Shown: positions 49,521 to 62,634 of the stretch, one piece after another
Layout of the letters: the number at the start of each line of letters is the position of its first letter
Position numbering within the stretch: the stretch's first letter is position 1
Assembly: GCF_963921235.1 (NCBI RefSeq)
Contig: NC_086108.1
Coordinates: 112,036,001-112,100,000, forward strand
DNA from: Mobula hypostoma
Taxonomy: Eukaryota
Reading direction: 5' to 3'
DNA length: 64,000 bases
The notes under the pieces: generated by a model
Seen by the model: only the letters and a program-made list of their open reading frames with translations
Told to the model about the DNA's origin: nothing
Database searches by the model: none
Translations under genes and position numbers: made by a program

Positions 49521-52500
49521 TGACCACTCACAGAAAATGGAGAAACTCAGCAGGTGAGACAGAATAAACAGTCAATATTTTATGCCAAGTCTTCATCCGG
49601 ACGTATGGGCCGTGTAGGAGGGAAGGGTCAGATTGATCATGGCGGTTTATATTGGTCAGCACAGCATCGTGGGCCGAAGGGCCTGTTCTGCGCTGCACAG
49701 TTCTATGTTCTAACCCTCCCTCAATTTGAATTACTGTTGATATTTTTCTTTTCAGTGTCAAATAATATATGTATAATTTACATTAATTTATTTAATTATG
49801 ATTGTCATGTTCTGTACTGCTGTTGCAAAAAGCCCATTTTTGTGTCATTTAAATGCCGAGTGTATTGCAAACAATTTCCCAAGGTTCCCGTTTGGACGTC
49901 AGTGTTGCTGTGACGGTGTGACGGAGGGAGCTGCTGGGACATTTCAGAGGGTGTCCAAGAACAGTCTGGGTCAGGAGTCACATGTGGGACAAGAGATCTC
50001 CCCCCTGAGGGACATGGGTGAACCCAATCTATTTTTAGCCACTGTTACCATGGTGATTGGGTGTCGTTTTGAAAATTCTGGAACTGGAAATGAAGTTACA
50101 TTTGACCGATTGTGATGTCACGCGACATCAGAATGGAAACCATGACAGGGGGGAGATGAGTGTTGAGTGTTAGTTGGTGAGAGCAGTGGACGAGGAAGCA
50201 GCAAGTTTAGTTCCTCCCCTGTGAGTGAGGCCGAGGTGTGAGTGCTCAGGAGATGGGACTCACCCTCCGTCCGCAGAATTGGGTGGGGGGAGAGGGAGAG
50301 AGAGAGGGGGGAGAGAGGGGGGAGAGAGGGGGAGAGAGGGGGGAAGGAGAAAGAGAGGGGGAGAGGGAGAGAGGGGGGAGAGAGAGGGGAGGGGGAGAGA
50401 GATGGGGAAGAGAGAGAGGGGGGAGGGAGAGAGAGGAGAGAGAGAGGGGAGAGAGAGAGGGGAGAGAGAGAGGGGGAGAGAGATGGGGAAGAGAGAGAGG
50501 GAGGGAGAGAGGGGGGAGAGGGGGAGAGGGGGGGAGAGAGACGGGGAACGAGAGAGAGAGGGGGAGGGAGAGAGAGAGGGGGGAGAGGGAGAGAGAGAGG
50601 GGGAAGAGGGAGAGGGGGGAGAGAGAGGGGGAGAGAGAGTGGGAAAAGGGGGAGAGACAGGGAGGGGGAGAGAGGGGGGACGGAGAGGGGGAGGGAGGGA
50701 GAGGGGGAGGGAGAGGGAGGGAGAGAGGGGGAGAGAGTGATGGGAGAGAGGGGGGAGGGGGAGAGAGGGGGGAGGGGGAGAGAGAGATGAGGGGGAGGGA
50801 GGAGAGAGAGATGAGGGGGAGAAGAGAGAGGCGAGATGGGGAGGGGACGAGAGAGGGGGAGGGGAGAGGGGGAGGGAGGGGGAGAGAGGGGAGGGAGGGG
50901 GAGAGAGAGGGGGGAGGGGGACACAGATGGGGAGGGGAGAGAGGGGGAGGGGGAGAGAGGGGGGAGGGAGAGAGAGGGAGAGGGAGAGAGGGGGGAGAGA
51001 GAGGGGAGAGGGAGAGAGGGAAGTGAGAGAGAGAGAGGGGAGAGAAGCAGGGAAAGGGGGAGAGAGGGGAAGGGGCAGGGGAGAGGGGGGAGGGGGAGAT
51101 AGAGCAGGGTGTAGAGAGGGAGGTGGGAGAGAGAGGGGAGGGAGAGATAGGGGGAGAGAGAGGGGGAGGGGGAGAGAGGGGGAGTGGGAGAGAGAGAGAG
51201 GGGGAGGGGGAGAGATGGGGGGAGAGGGAGAGAGGGGGAGGAGGAGAGAGGGGGAGGAGAGAGAGATGAGGGGGAAGGAGAAGAGAGAGGGGAGAGGGGG
51301 AGGGGAGAGGGGGACGGAGGGGGAGACAGAGGAGGGAGGGGGGCAGAGTGATGGGGAGGGGAGAGAGGGAGGGGTAGAGAGGGGGAGGGAGAGAGGGGGA
51401 GAGGGAGAGAGAGGGGAGAGGGAGAGAGAGCAGGGAAAGGGGGAGAGAGGGGAAGGGGGCAGGGGAGAGGGGCGAGGGGGAGATAGAGCGGGGTGGGAGA
51501 GAGGGAGGTGGCAGAGAGAGGGGAGGGAGAGAGAGGGGGGAGAGAGAGGGGGAGAGAGAGGGGGAGGGGGAGAGAGGGGGAGGGGAGAGAGAGGGAGAGG
51601 GAGGGGGAGGGGGAGGGGGAGAGAGGGGGAGGAGGAGAGAGGGGGAGGAGGAGAGAGGTGGGGAGAGAGGGGGGAGGGGGGGAGAGAGGGGGAGGGGAGA
51701 GAGGGGGAGGGGGGAGGGGGAGAGAGAGGGGGAGGAAGAGAGAGAGGGGGAAGGAAGAGAGAGAGGGGGAGGGAGAGAGAGAGGGGAGAGAGAGAGAGGG
51801 GGAGAGAGAGCGGGGAAAGGGGGAGGGGGAGGGGAGAGAGAGGGGGAGGTAGAGAAAGGGGAGAGAGAGGGAGAGGTGGGGAGAGAGACGGGGAGAGAGA
51901 GGGGGGGAGAGAGAGAGGGGGGGAGAGAGGAGGGGATAGAGGGGGATAGAGGGGGGAGAGAGGGGGAGAGAGGGGGAGAGAGGGGGGAGAGAGGGGGAGA
52001 GAGGGGAGGAGAGGGGAGGAGAGAGGGGGAGAGGGGGGAGAGAGAGGGGGGAGAGAGAGGGGGGAGAGAGAGGGGGGAGAGAGGGAGGGGAGAGAGGGGA
52101 AGAGAGAGGGGAAGAGAGAGGGGAAGAGAGAGGGGGGAGAGAGAGGGAGAGAGAGAGGGAGAGAGATGGGGAGAGAGATGGGGAGAGAGATGGGGAGAGA
52201 GAGGGGGATAGAGGGGGAGGTGGGAGAGAGAGGGGGAGGTGGGAGAGAGAGGGGGAGGGGAGATAAGGGGGAGAGAGAGGGGGATAGAGGGGGAGGTGGG
52301 AGAGAGAGGGGGAGAGGGAGATAGAAGGGGAGAGAGGGGAAGGAGAGAGGGGGGGAGAGAGAGGGGGAGAGAGAGCAGGGAAAGGGGAGAGAGAGCGGGG
52401 AAAGGGGGAGAGGGGGAGGGGGAGGGGAGAGAGAGGGGAGGTAGAGAAAGGGGAGAGAGAGGGAGAGAGGGGGGAGAGAGACAGGGGGAGAGAGACGGGG

Positions 52501-52632
52501 AGAGAGAGGGGGAGAGAGGGGGGGAGAGAGAGAGGGGGAGAGAGAGAGGGGAGAGAGGGGAGGGGGAGAGAGAGGGGGGAGAGAGGGGGAGAGAGGGGGA
52601 GAGGGGGGAGAGAGAGGGGGAGAGAGAGGGGG

Positions 52633-52663
<31 letters not shown>

Positions 52664-55600
52664 GGGGAGAGAGAGGGGGATAGAGGGGAGGTGGGAGAGA
52701 GAAGGGGAGAGAGGGAGGGTGAGAGTGGGGGAGTGAGGGAGGAGAGAGAGGGGGAGAGAGGGGGAGAGAGAGGGGGAGGGGAGAGAGGGAGAGAGGGGAG
52801 GGGAGAGAGGGGAGGGGAGAGAGGGAGAGAGGGGAGGGGAGAGAGGGGAGGGGAGAGAGGGGAGGGGAGAGAGGGGAGAGGGGAAAGACGGGGAGAGGGG
52901 AAAGACGGGGGTAGGAGAGGGGGAAAGATGGGGGTAGGGGAGGGGGAAAGATGGGTGTAGGGGAGGGAGAAAGACGGGTGTAGGGGAGGGAGAAAGATGG
53001 GGTAGGGGGAGGGGGAGAGAGAGGGTGAGGGGAAAGATGGGGTGAGAGGAAAGACAAGGGAGGGGGAAGGGAGAGAGAGAGGGGGAGGAGAGAGAGAGGG
53101 GAGGGGAGAGAGAGGGGGGAGGGGAAAGACTGGGGAGGGGAGGGGAAAGATGGGGGAGGGGGAGGGGAGGGGAAAGACAGGGGAGTGGGAGGGGAGGGGG
53201 AGAGAGAGGGGAGGGGAGGGGAGGGGGAGAGAGAGGGGGAGGGGAGGGGGAGAGAGAGGGGGGGGAGAGGGGGGGAGAGAGAGGGAGGGGAGGAGAAAGA
53301 TGGGGAGGGGGAGGGAGGTGTGAGAGAAGAGGAGGGAGAGAGAGGGGGAGGGAGGGAGGGAGAGAGAGGGGGAGAGAGGGGGAGAGAGGAGGGAGGGAGA
53401 GAGGGAGAGAGAGGGGGAGGGAGAGAGAGGGGGGACGGAGGGGGGAGGGAGGGGGGAGGGAGGAGGGAGGGAGAGAGGGGGGAGGGAGGGAGGGAGGGAG
53501 GGAGAGAGAAGAGGGAGAGAGATGAGGGAGAGAGGGAGAGAGATGGGGAGGGAGGGAGAGAGAGGGGGGAGGGAGGGAGAGAGGGGGAGGGAGAGAGGGA
53601 GAGAGGGGGAGGGAGGGAGGGAGAGAGAGAGGGGGAGGGAGAGGGAGGGAGGTAGAGAGAGGGGGGAGGGAGGAGAGAGAGGGGGGAGGGAGGGAGGGAG
53701 AGAGGGGGAGGGAGGGAGGGAGAGAGAGGGGGGGAGGGAGGGAGGGAGAGAGAGGTGGAGGGAGCGAGAGAGAGGGGGAGGGAGGGAGAGAGTGGGGAGG
53801 GAGAGAGTGGGGAGGGAGAGAGTGGGGAGGGAGAGAGTGGGGGGAGGGAGAGATTGGGGAGGGAGAGATTGGAGGAGGGAGAGATTGGAGGAGGGAGAGG
53901 GCAGAGAGGGGGAGGGAGGGGAAAGGCAAGGGGATGGTGGGGGAGGGAGAACATCTCCCCCCTCCCTCTCCCTCCCCCCTCTCTGTCCATCCCCTGCTCT
54001 CTCCCTTCACCCTCTCTCCCTCACCCTCTCTCTCCCCCCTCTCTCCCCCTCTCCCCTACCCCTTTCACCACCCCTCTCCTCCTCCACCCTCTCTCTCTCC
54101 CTCCCCCTCTCTCTCCCCCTCATTATCGCCATCCCCCTCCCACTCTCTATCCCCTCTCACCCCTCCCCCACTCCCCCTCCCCTCCTCGCCTCCCACCCCT
54201 CCCCTCTTAACTCTCCCCTCCTCCACTCTCTCCCTTCCCCACCTCTCTCCCCCTCCCCCTCTCTCATCCCCCACTCCCACTCTCCCCCCACTCTCTGCCT
54301 CCCTCTCTCTCCCTTCCCCCTCTCTCCCCCTCCCCCACGCCCCTACCCCCACTCTCTCCCCGTCCCCCTCCCTCCCCCTCTCTCCTCTCCCCCTCTCCTC
54401 TATCCCTGTCTCTCACCTCTACCCCACTCTCTCCCTCCCCTCCCCTTCTTCCCCTTCCTCCCTCTCCCTCCCTCCCCCTCTGCTTCTGTCCCCCTCTCAC
54501 ACTCTTTCACCCTCTCTCTGCCTTCCCCCACCCCTCTCCCTCCGCTCTCGCTCCCCTCCCCCTCTCTCTCCCTCACCCCTCTCTCCCTGTCTCCCCTCCC
54601 ATTGTCTCTCCCTCCCCCCACACCCTCCCCAACTCCCTCCCCCACTCTCTCCCCTCTCTCCCCCTCCCCCCTCTCTCCCCTCCACCTCTCCCTCCTCCTC
54701 TCTCTCCGTCTCCCCTCCCCGTCTCTCCCTCCAACTCCCTCCACTGCCCCTCTCCCCCTCCCCCTCTCTTCCCCCCCTCTCTTTCCCCTCTCTCCCCTTC
54801 CCCCCCTCTCTCCCCCTCCCCCTCTCTTTCCCCACTCTCTCTCCCTCCCCCCTCTCTCCCTCCCCTCTTCCACTCGCCGTCTCTCCCCTCCCCCTCTCTG
54901 CCCCTCCCCCCCCTCCCCTCCCCGTCTCTCCCCCTCTCTCTCCCCTCCCCTCTCTCTCCCCTCTCTCTCTCTCCTTCTCTCCCCTCTCTCTCCCCCTCTC
55001 TCTCCGCCCGTCTCTCCCCCGCCCCTCCCCTCACCACTCCCCCTCCCCTTCTCTCCCCTCCTCTCTCCCTTCCCTCCCCCTGCCCCACTCTCTCTCCCTC
55101 TCCCCATCTCCCGCTCTCTCTTCTCCCTCCCCCTCTCCATGCACCCCTCTCTCCCTCACCCCTTTCTCCCCCTCCCCCTCTCTCTCCATCCCCATCTCTC
55201 TCCCTTTCCCCCTCTCTCTCCCCTCTTCCCCTCCCCGTCTCACCCTCTCACCCTCTCCCCCTCCCCTCCCCTTCTCTCTCCCTCCCCTCTCCCATCCCCC
55301 TCTCTACCCCTCCCCCTCTCTCTCCCCTCCGCCCTCTCTCTCCCCTCCCCCTCTCTCCCCATCTCCCCCTCCCCTGTCACTCCCTCCCCCTCACTCTCCT
55401 TTTCCTCCCTCTCTCCCCCTCCCTCCCCTTCCCCCTCTCTCTCCCCCCTCTCCCTCCCCTCTCCCTCTCTCCTCCTCCCCCCTCTCTCTCCCCCTCCCTT
55501 CTCCCCCTCCCTTCTCCCCTCTCCGTCTCTCCCTCCCCTCCCCCTCTCTCTGCCCTCCCCCTCTCTCTCCCTCCCCTCCCCCTCTCTCTCTCCTTCCTCC

Positions 55601-57885
55601 CTCTCTCTTCCCCTCCCCTCTCTCTCCCTCTCTCACCTTCTCCCCCTCTCCCCCTCTCTCTCCCCCCTCTCTCTCCCCCTCCCCCATCTCCCCCCTCTCT
55701 CCTCCCTCCCCCTCCCCTCTCTCTCCCTCCCGTCTCCCCCTCCCTACCGTCTCTCTCCCTCCCCCTCTCTCTCCCCCTCCCTCCTGTCTCCCCCTCCCCA
55801 TCTCTCCCTCCCCTCCCCCTCTCTCCTCCTCCCCATCTCTCTCCCTCCCTCTTTCTCTCCCCACTCCCCCTCCCCCCTCCTCCCTCTCTCTCCCCCTCCC
55901 CCTCACTCTCCCTCTCACCCCTTCTCCCCCCTCTCCCCTCCCCCATCTCCCCCCTCTCTCCTCCCTCTTCCTCTCTCTCCCATCTCTCTCCCTCCCCTAT
56001 CTCTCCCCTGTCCCTCCCCCTCACTCTCTCCCCTTTCTTTCCACCTCCCACCTCTCTCTCCCCCTCCCCCCTCTCCCTTCCCGTTCTCTCCCCCCTCTCC
56101 CTCCACCCCCTCTCCCCTTCCCTATCTCTCCCCCTTCCCCACTCTCTCTCCCCCTCTCTCTTCCTCCCCCTCTCTCCCACTCTCTCTCCTTCCCCCCTCT
56201 CTCTCCCTCCCCCTCTCTCCTTTCCTCCTCTCTTTCTCTCCCCCCTCTGTCCTCCGTCTCTCCCTCCCTCTCTCTCTCCCCCCTCTCTCTCCACCCTCTC
56301 TCCCTCTCTCTCTCTCCCTACCCCTCTCTCCCCTCCCTCTTCTCTCTCCCCTCCCACTCTCCCTCCCCCTCTCTCCCTCCCCCTCTCTCTCCCTCCCATC
56401 TCCCCCTCCCCATCTCTCCCTCCTCTCCCCTCTCTCTCTCCCCCTCCCCATCTCTCTCCCTCCCCCTCTCTCTCCCCCCTCCCCCTCCCCCTCCTCCCTC
56501 CCTCTCCCCTCCCCCTCTCTCTCCTCTCCCTATCTCCCCCCACTCTCTCCCCCTCTCTCCCTCCTTCTCCCTCGCCCTCTCCCTCCCTCCCCCTCTCCGT
56601 CCCCCCTCTCTCCCCCTCCCTGTCTCTCCCCCTTTTCCCACTCTCTCTCCCCCCTCTCTCTCCCCCCCCCTCCCTCTCCCCCTCCCTCTCCCCCCTCTCT
56701 CTCTACCCTCTCCCTCTCCCTCCCTCTCTCTCCCCCTCTCTCTCCCCCCCTCGCTCCCTCTCCCCCCCCTCTCCCCCCCTCTCTCTCTCCCTCCTCCCTC
56801 TCTCTCTCTCTACCCTCTCCCTCTCCCCCCACCCAATTCTGCGGACGGAGGGCGAGTCCCATCTCCTGAGCACTCACACCTCGGCCTCACTCACAGGGGA
56901 GGAACTAAACTTGCTGCTTCCTCGTCCACTGCTCTCACCAACTAACACTCAACACTCATCTCCCCCCTGTCATGGTTCCATTCTGATGTCGCGTGACATC
57001 ACAATCGGTCAAATGTAACTTCATTTCCAGTTCCAGAATTTTCAAAACGACACCCAATCACCATGGTAACAGTGGCTGGGGTTCACCCATGTCCCTCAGG
57101 GGGGAGATCTCTTGTCCCACATGTGACTCCTGACCCAGACTGTTCTTGGACACCCTCTGAAATGTCCCAGCAGCTCCCTCCGTCACACCGTCACAGCAAC
57201 ACTGACGTCCAAACGGGAACCTTGGGAAATTGTTTGCAATACACTCAGCGTTTAAATGACACAAAAATGGGCTTTTTGCAACAGCAGTACAGAACATGAC
57301 GATCATAATTAATTTAAATAAATTAATGTAAATTATACATATCTTATTTGACACTGAAAAGAAAAATATCAACAGTAATTCAAATTGAGGGAGGGTTAGA
57401 ACATAGAACTGTGCAGCGCAGAACAGGCCCTTCGGCCCACGATGCTGTGCTGACCAATATAAACCGCCATGATCAATCTGACCCTTCCCTCCTACACGGC
57501 CCATACGTCCGGATGAAGACTTGGCACAAAATATTGACTGTTTATTCTGCCTCACCTGCTGAGTTTCTCCATTTTCTGTGAGTGGTCATTCCATATCCCT
57601 TCTTGTGGACTGGAAAGGAAGGGGAAGACAGCTGAATTAACAGGTGGGGAGAGGGTAAGGGGGATAGCTAGAAGGTGGTAGGTGATGCCAAGTGTGGAAG
57701 GGCTGAACAGGAAGGAATCTGATTGGAGAGGAGTGAGGACCATGAAAGAAAGGGAAGCAGGATGACACAGGGGAGAGGTGGTATGCAGTTGAGGAGAGGT
57801 AAGAGGCCAGAGTGGGGAATCGAAGAAGAGGGGAGGGTGTAATTGATATCCTTGCCATCAGATTGGAGGCTGCCCAGATGGGATA
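49224..57885. repeat. Giant imperfect palindrome (inverted duplication) centred at ~53952
   Basis: 49224-50290 is the reverse complement of 56824-57885, and the ORF track shows mirrored translations. A GA-rich tract (50283-53950) switches abruptly to a CT-rich tract (53954-56832). Confidence 0.92.
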
Positions 57886-57964
57886 ATAGGGTTCTATTCT
57901 TGTCCTGCTGTAGAAAGCATCAGAGAAACAGCAGCATCGGATCAAGGACCCACCATCTGTGTTT

Positions 57965-60900
57965 CTACAGACTATGGAGTATAGACAATAGGTGCAGGAG
58001 TAGGCCATTCGGCCCTTTGAGCCAGCACTGCCATTCACTGTGATCATGGCTGATCATCCACAATCAGTATCCAGTTCCTGCCTTATCCCCATAACCTTTG
58101 ATTCCGCTATCTTTAAGAGCTCTATCCATCTCTTTCTTGAAAGCATCCAGAGACTTGGCCTCCATACCCTTCTGGGGCAGAGCATTCCATGTATCCACCA
58201 CTCTCTAGGTGAAAATGTTTTTCCTCAACTCCGTTCTAAATGGCCTACCCCTTATTCTTAAACTGGCCTCTGGTTCTGGACTCACCCATCAGCGGGAACA
58301 TGCTTCCTGCCTCCAGCATGTCCAATTCCTTAATAATCTTATATGTTTCAATAAGATCCCCTCTCAGCCTTCTAAATTCCGGAGTAGATAAGCCCAGTCG
58401 CTCCGATCTTTCGACATATGACAGTTCCACCATCCCGGGAATTAACCTTGTGAACCTACGCTGCACTCCCTCAATAGCAAGAATGTCCTTCCTCAAATTT
58501 GGAGACCAAAACTGCACACAGTACTCCAGGTGTAGTCTCACCAGGGCCCTGTACAGCTGCAGAAGGACCTCTTTGCTCTTATACTCAATTCCCCTTGTTA
58601 TGAAGGCCAGCATGCCATTAGCTTTCTTCACTGCCTGTTGTACTTGCATGCTTGCTTTCAGTGACTGATGTACAAGAACACCTAGATCCCGTTTTACTTC
58701 CCCTTTTCCTAACGACTCCATTTAGATAATAATCTCCCTTCCTGTTCTTACCACCAAAGTGGATAACTTCACATTTATCCACATTAAACTGCATCTGCCC
58801 ACTCACCCAGCCTGTCCAAGTCACCCTGCATTCTCATAACATCCTCCTTACATTTCACACTGCCACCCAGCTTTGTGTCATCTGCAAATTTGCTAATGTT
58901 ACTTTTAATTCCCTCATCTAAATCATTAATATATATTGTAAACAGCTGCGGTCCCAGCACTGAACCCTGCGGTACCCCACTGGTCACTGCCTGCCATTCC
59001 GAAAGGGACCCATTAATTGCTACTCTTTCTTTTCTGTCAGCCAGCCAATTTTCAATCCATGTCAGTACTCTGCCCCCAATACCGTGTGCCCTAATTTTGC
59101 CCACTAATCTCCTATGTGGGACTTTATCAAAGGCTTTCTGAAAGTCCAGGTACACCTCATCCACTGGCTCTTCCTTGTCCATTTTCATAGTTACATCCTC
59201 AAAAAATTCCAGAAGATTAGTCAAGCACGATTTCCCCTTCGTAAATCCATGCTGACTCGGACCGATCCTGTTACTGCTATCCAGATGTGTCGTAATTTCA
59301 TCTTTTATAATTGACTCCAGCATCTTTCCCACCACCGACATCAGGCTAACCGGTCTATAATTCCCTGTTTTCTCTCTCCCTCCTTTCTTGAAGAGAGGGA
59401 CAACATTAGCCACCCTCCAATCCACAAGAACTGATCCTGAATCTATAGAACATTGGAAAATGATTACCAATGCATCCACAATTTCTAAAGCCTACCTCCT
59501 TAAGTACCCTGGGATGCAGACCATCACGTCCCGGGGACTTATCAGCCTTCAGACCCAACAGTCTATCCAACACCATTTCCTGCCTAATATAAATTTCCTT
59601 CAGTTCTCCTTTGCCCTAGGTCCTTTGGCCACTATTATATCTGGGAGATCGTTTGTATCTTGCCTAGTGAAGACAAATCCAAAGTACCCGTTCAACTCGT
59701 CTGCCATTTCCTTGTTCCCCATAATAAATTCACTGGCTTCTGTCTTCAAGGGCCCAATTTTGGTCTTAACTATTTTATTCCTTTTCACATACCTAAAGAA
59801 GCTTTTACTATCCTCCTTTATATTCTTGGCTAGTTTACCTTCGTACCTCATTTTTTCTCCGCGTATTGCCTTTTTAGTGACCTTCTGTTGCTCTTTAAAA
59901 GTTTCCCAATCCTCCGGCTTCCCACTCATCTTTGCTATGTTATACTTCTCTTTCATTTTTATACTGTCCATTACTTTCCTTGTCAGCCACGGCCTCCCCT
60001 TACCCCCCTTAGGATCTTTCTTCCTCTTTGGAATGAACTGATCCTGCACCTTCCGCATTATTCCCAGAAACACTTGCCATGGCTGTTCCACTGTCATCCT
60101 GCTAGGGTATTGTTCCATTGAACTTTGGCCAGCTCCTCCCTCATAGCACCATAGTTCCCTTTGTTCAACTGTAATACTGACACTTCCGAGTTTCTCTTCT
60201 CCCTCTCAAATTGTAGATTAAAACTTTTCATATTATGCTCACTACCTCCTAATGGCTGCTTTACCTCAAGGTCCCTGATCAAATCGGGTTCATTGCACAA
60301 CACTAAATCTAGAATTGCGTTCTCTCTGGTAGGCTCCAGTACAAGCTGTTCTAAGAATCCATCTCGGAGGGACTCCACGAACTCCCTTTCTTGGGGTCCA
60401 GTACCAACCTGATTCCTCCAATCTACCTGCATGTTGAAGTCCCCCATAACAACTGTAGCGTTACCTTTGCGACATGTCAGTTTTAACTCTTGATTCAACT
60501 TACACCCTACATCCAGACTACTGTTTGAGGGCCTGTAGATAACTCCCATTAGGGTCTTTCTACCCTTAGGATTTCTCAGTTCTATCCATACTGACTCTAC
60601 GTCTCCTGATTGTATGTCCCCCCTCGCAAGGGACTGAATATCATTCCTCACCAACAGAGCCACCCCACCCCCTCTGCCCATCAGTCTGTCCTTTCGATAG
60701 GACGTATAACCTTGAATATTCATTTCCCAGGCCCTGTCCACTTGAAGCCATGTCTCTGTGATTCCCACAACATCATACTTACCAATTTCCAACTGAGCCT
60801 CAAGCTCATCCACTTTATTTCTTATACTCTGTGCATTCATATATAATACTTTTAATTCATTACTCCCCTCACCTCCCATATCAATTCCTATTTCACTTGG

Positions 60901-62180
60901 CCATGCTGTACGATCCCTTCTTGAGCTTTCTGCTCTGTTGATTCTGCTGTCTTTCTGAACTTTTCTTATTCTCACTTCCCCTTTATCTCCATCCTTATGT
61001 TTCCAGTTCATCCCCTCTCCCCCACTACTTAGTTTAAACACACCCGTGTTACAGAGGCAAACCTGCCTGCCAGAATGCTGGGGCCCCGCTTATTAAGGTG
61101 CAACCCGTCCCTTTTGTATAATTCATCCTTACCCCGAAACATACCAAGAATGTAAATCCTTGCTTCCTGCACCGGTTCCTCAGCCACACATTCAGATCCA
61201 TTATCTCCCTGTTCCTGCCCACTCCAACACGGGGAACTGGAAGCAAACCGGAGATAACCACCCTGGAAGTCCTGCTTTTCAGCCTTCTTCCGAGCTCTCT
61301 GAAGTCACGCTGTAGAATGTCTCTCCTCTTCTTCCCCACGTCATTTGTGCCGGCATGCACCACCACTTCCGGATGTTCACCTTCATTATTGAGGATTCCC
61401 TGCAATCGGTCCATGACATCCTGGATCCCGGCACCAGGGAGGCAACACACCATCCTTAAATCTCACCTGTTGCCACAGAAACCCCTTTCTGTACCTCTCA
61501 CTATGGAGTCCCCTACTACCACGGCTCTGCCTGACGTCTGTCTCCTCGGCTTTGCTTCAGCGCCAATTGGTGACTGGCAGACCTGACCGCCTCTCAGGCT
61601 GGCAGCATCTTCTGTCCCGACAGCTTCCAAGAGGGTGAACCTGTTTATGAGAGGCACATCCCCCGGGGTCTCCTGTACTCCAAGCATCCTTTCCTTGCTC
61701 ATCGTAGCTCCCCTAACCCCTTCCTGTATCCTTGGTGTAACGACCTCACTGTAGGTCCTGTCCAGAAAACTCTCGTTTCCCCGGATAAACCTAAGGTCAT
61801 CCAATTGCCTCTCCAGTGCTGCAACATGGTCCTTCAGGAGCTGAATCTGGACACATTTTCCACAGGTGTAGGAGCCAGAGGCACCATCAGTGTCCCTGAC
61901 CTCCCACATCATGCACGCAGCACACTGAATCAGCCTAGCAGTCATCTCTTCACCACTTCTCACCCTCTCCAACTGTGGCATAGTCTCCTCTCTCAGCCTC
62001 CTCGCTGAAGACTCACGAGCCAAAGACTCGCACTTCTGTCACAAGGCACTTCCCTCGACAAGCCGCTCCCCTAGATCGAGCCTCGCTTATATTAGCTGAT
62101 AATTTGAGTAATTCGCTTCACCTGCCGCGCCTCCTCCGACCCGGAAGCACCGGAGATCCGAGGGTTACCTTTCGGTGAGT
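57965..62180 (-). mobile_element. Near full-length CR1 LINE (ORF1 zinc finger/leucine zipper and SGNH esterase; ORF2 APE endonuclease and RT), frameshifted
   Basis: ORF1: CAACMMW..CGKC, VVGDSIVRG, CLPGA, VHAGTND. ORF2: [49 protein letters not shown]. 3' tail at ~57975. Confidence 0.93.
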
Positions 62181-62634
62181 CCTCCACCAACACAAATCCC
62201 CATCAGAAAAAAGAGCAGGAACAGGCCATTCGGCCCATCAACCCAGCACGTTCCTCTCCCCAATGACAGTCTCCATTCTCTGTGATTCTGAGGGTCCTTC
62301 CAACTATAACCCCATCCCCTTTGCTCATCCACAGAATTAATTCCTCTCCATATGGGAAACCCTCGCCCCTGGTCTGATTAGCCTGATACACACTATCCTG
62401 AACTCTACAAATATATAGTCAAATATCCAGCAGTTTTTGCCACAGGAAAGGCCAGCAAAGAGCTCTCAGTCAACACCTTAGATTGATAGATGAGCAATGT
62501 ATCGAACCTTCCAGTCTGCAAGGCAATACAGAGAGATTTTAGGCTTGGCATGTTAGTCTCAAAAGCCCATTGGAGCTGAATTTTCCAAAGTTTCTCCTGA
62601 GTCTGATGCTGGAAATTTCAACCCCTCTCCTTCA

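Noticed and set aside
50118..56945. ORFs of over 1000 aa rich in Pro/Ser/Leu or Gly/Glu/Arg
   Set aside because: Artefact of the GA/CT low-complexity tract, which lacks stop codons in multiple frames on both strands.
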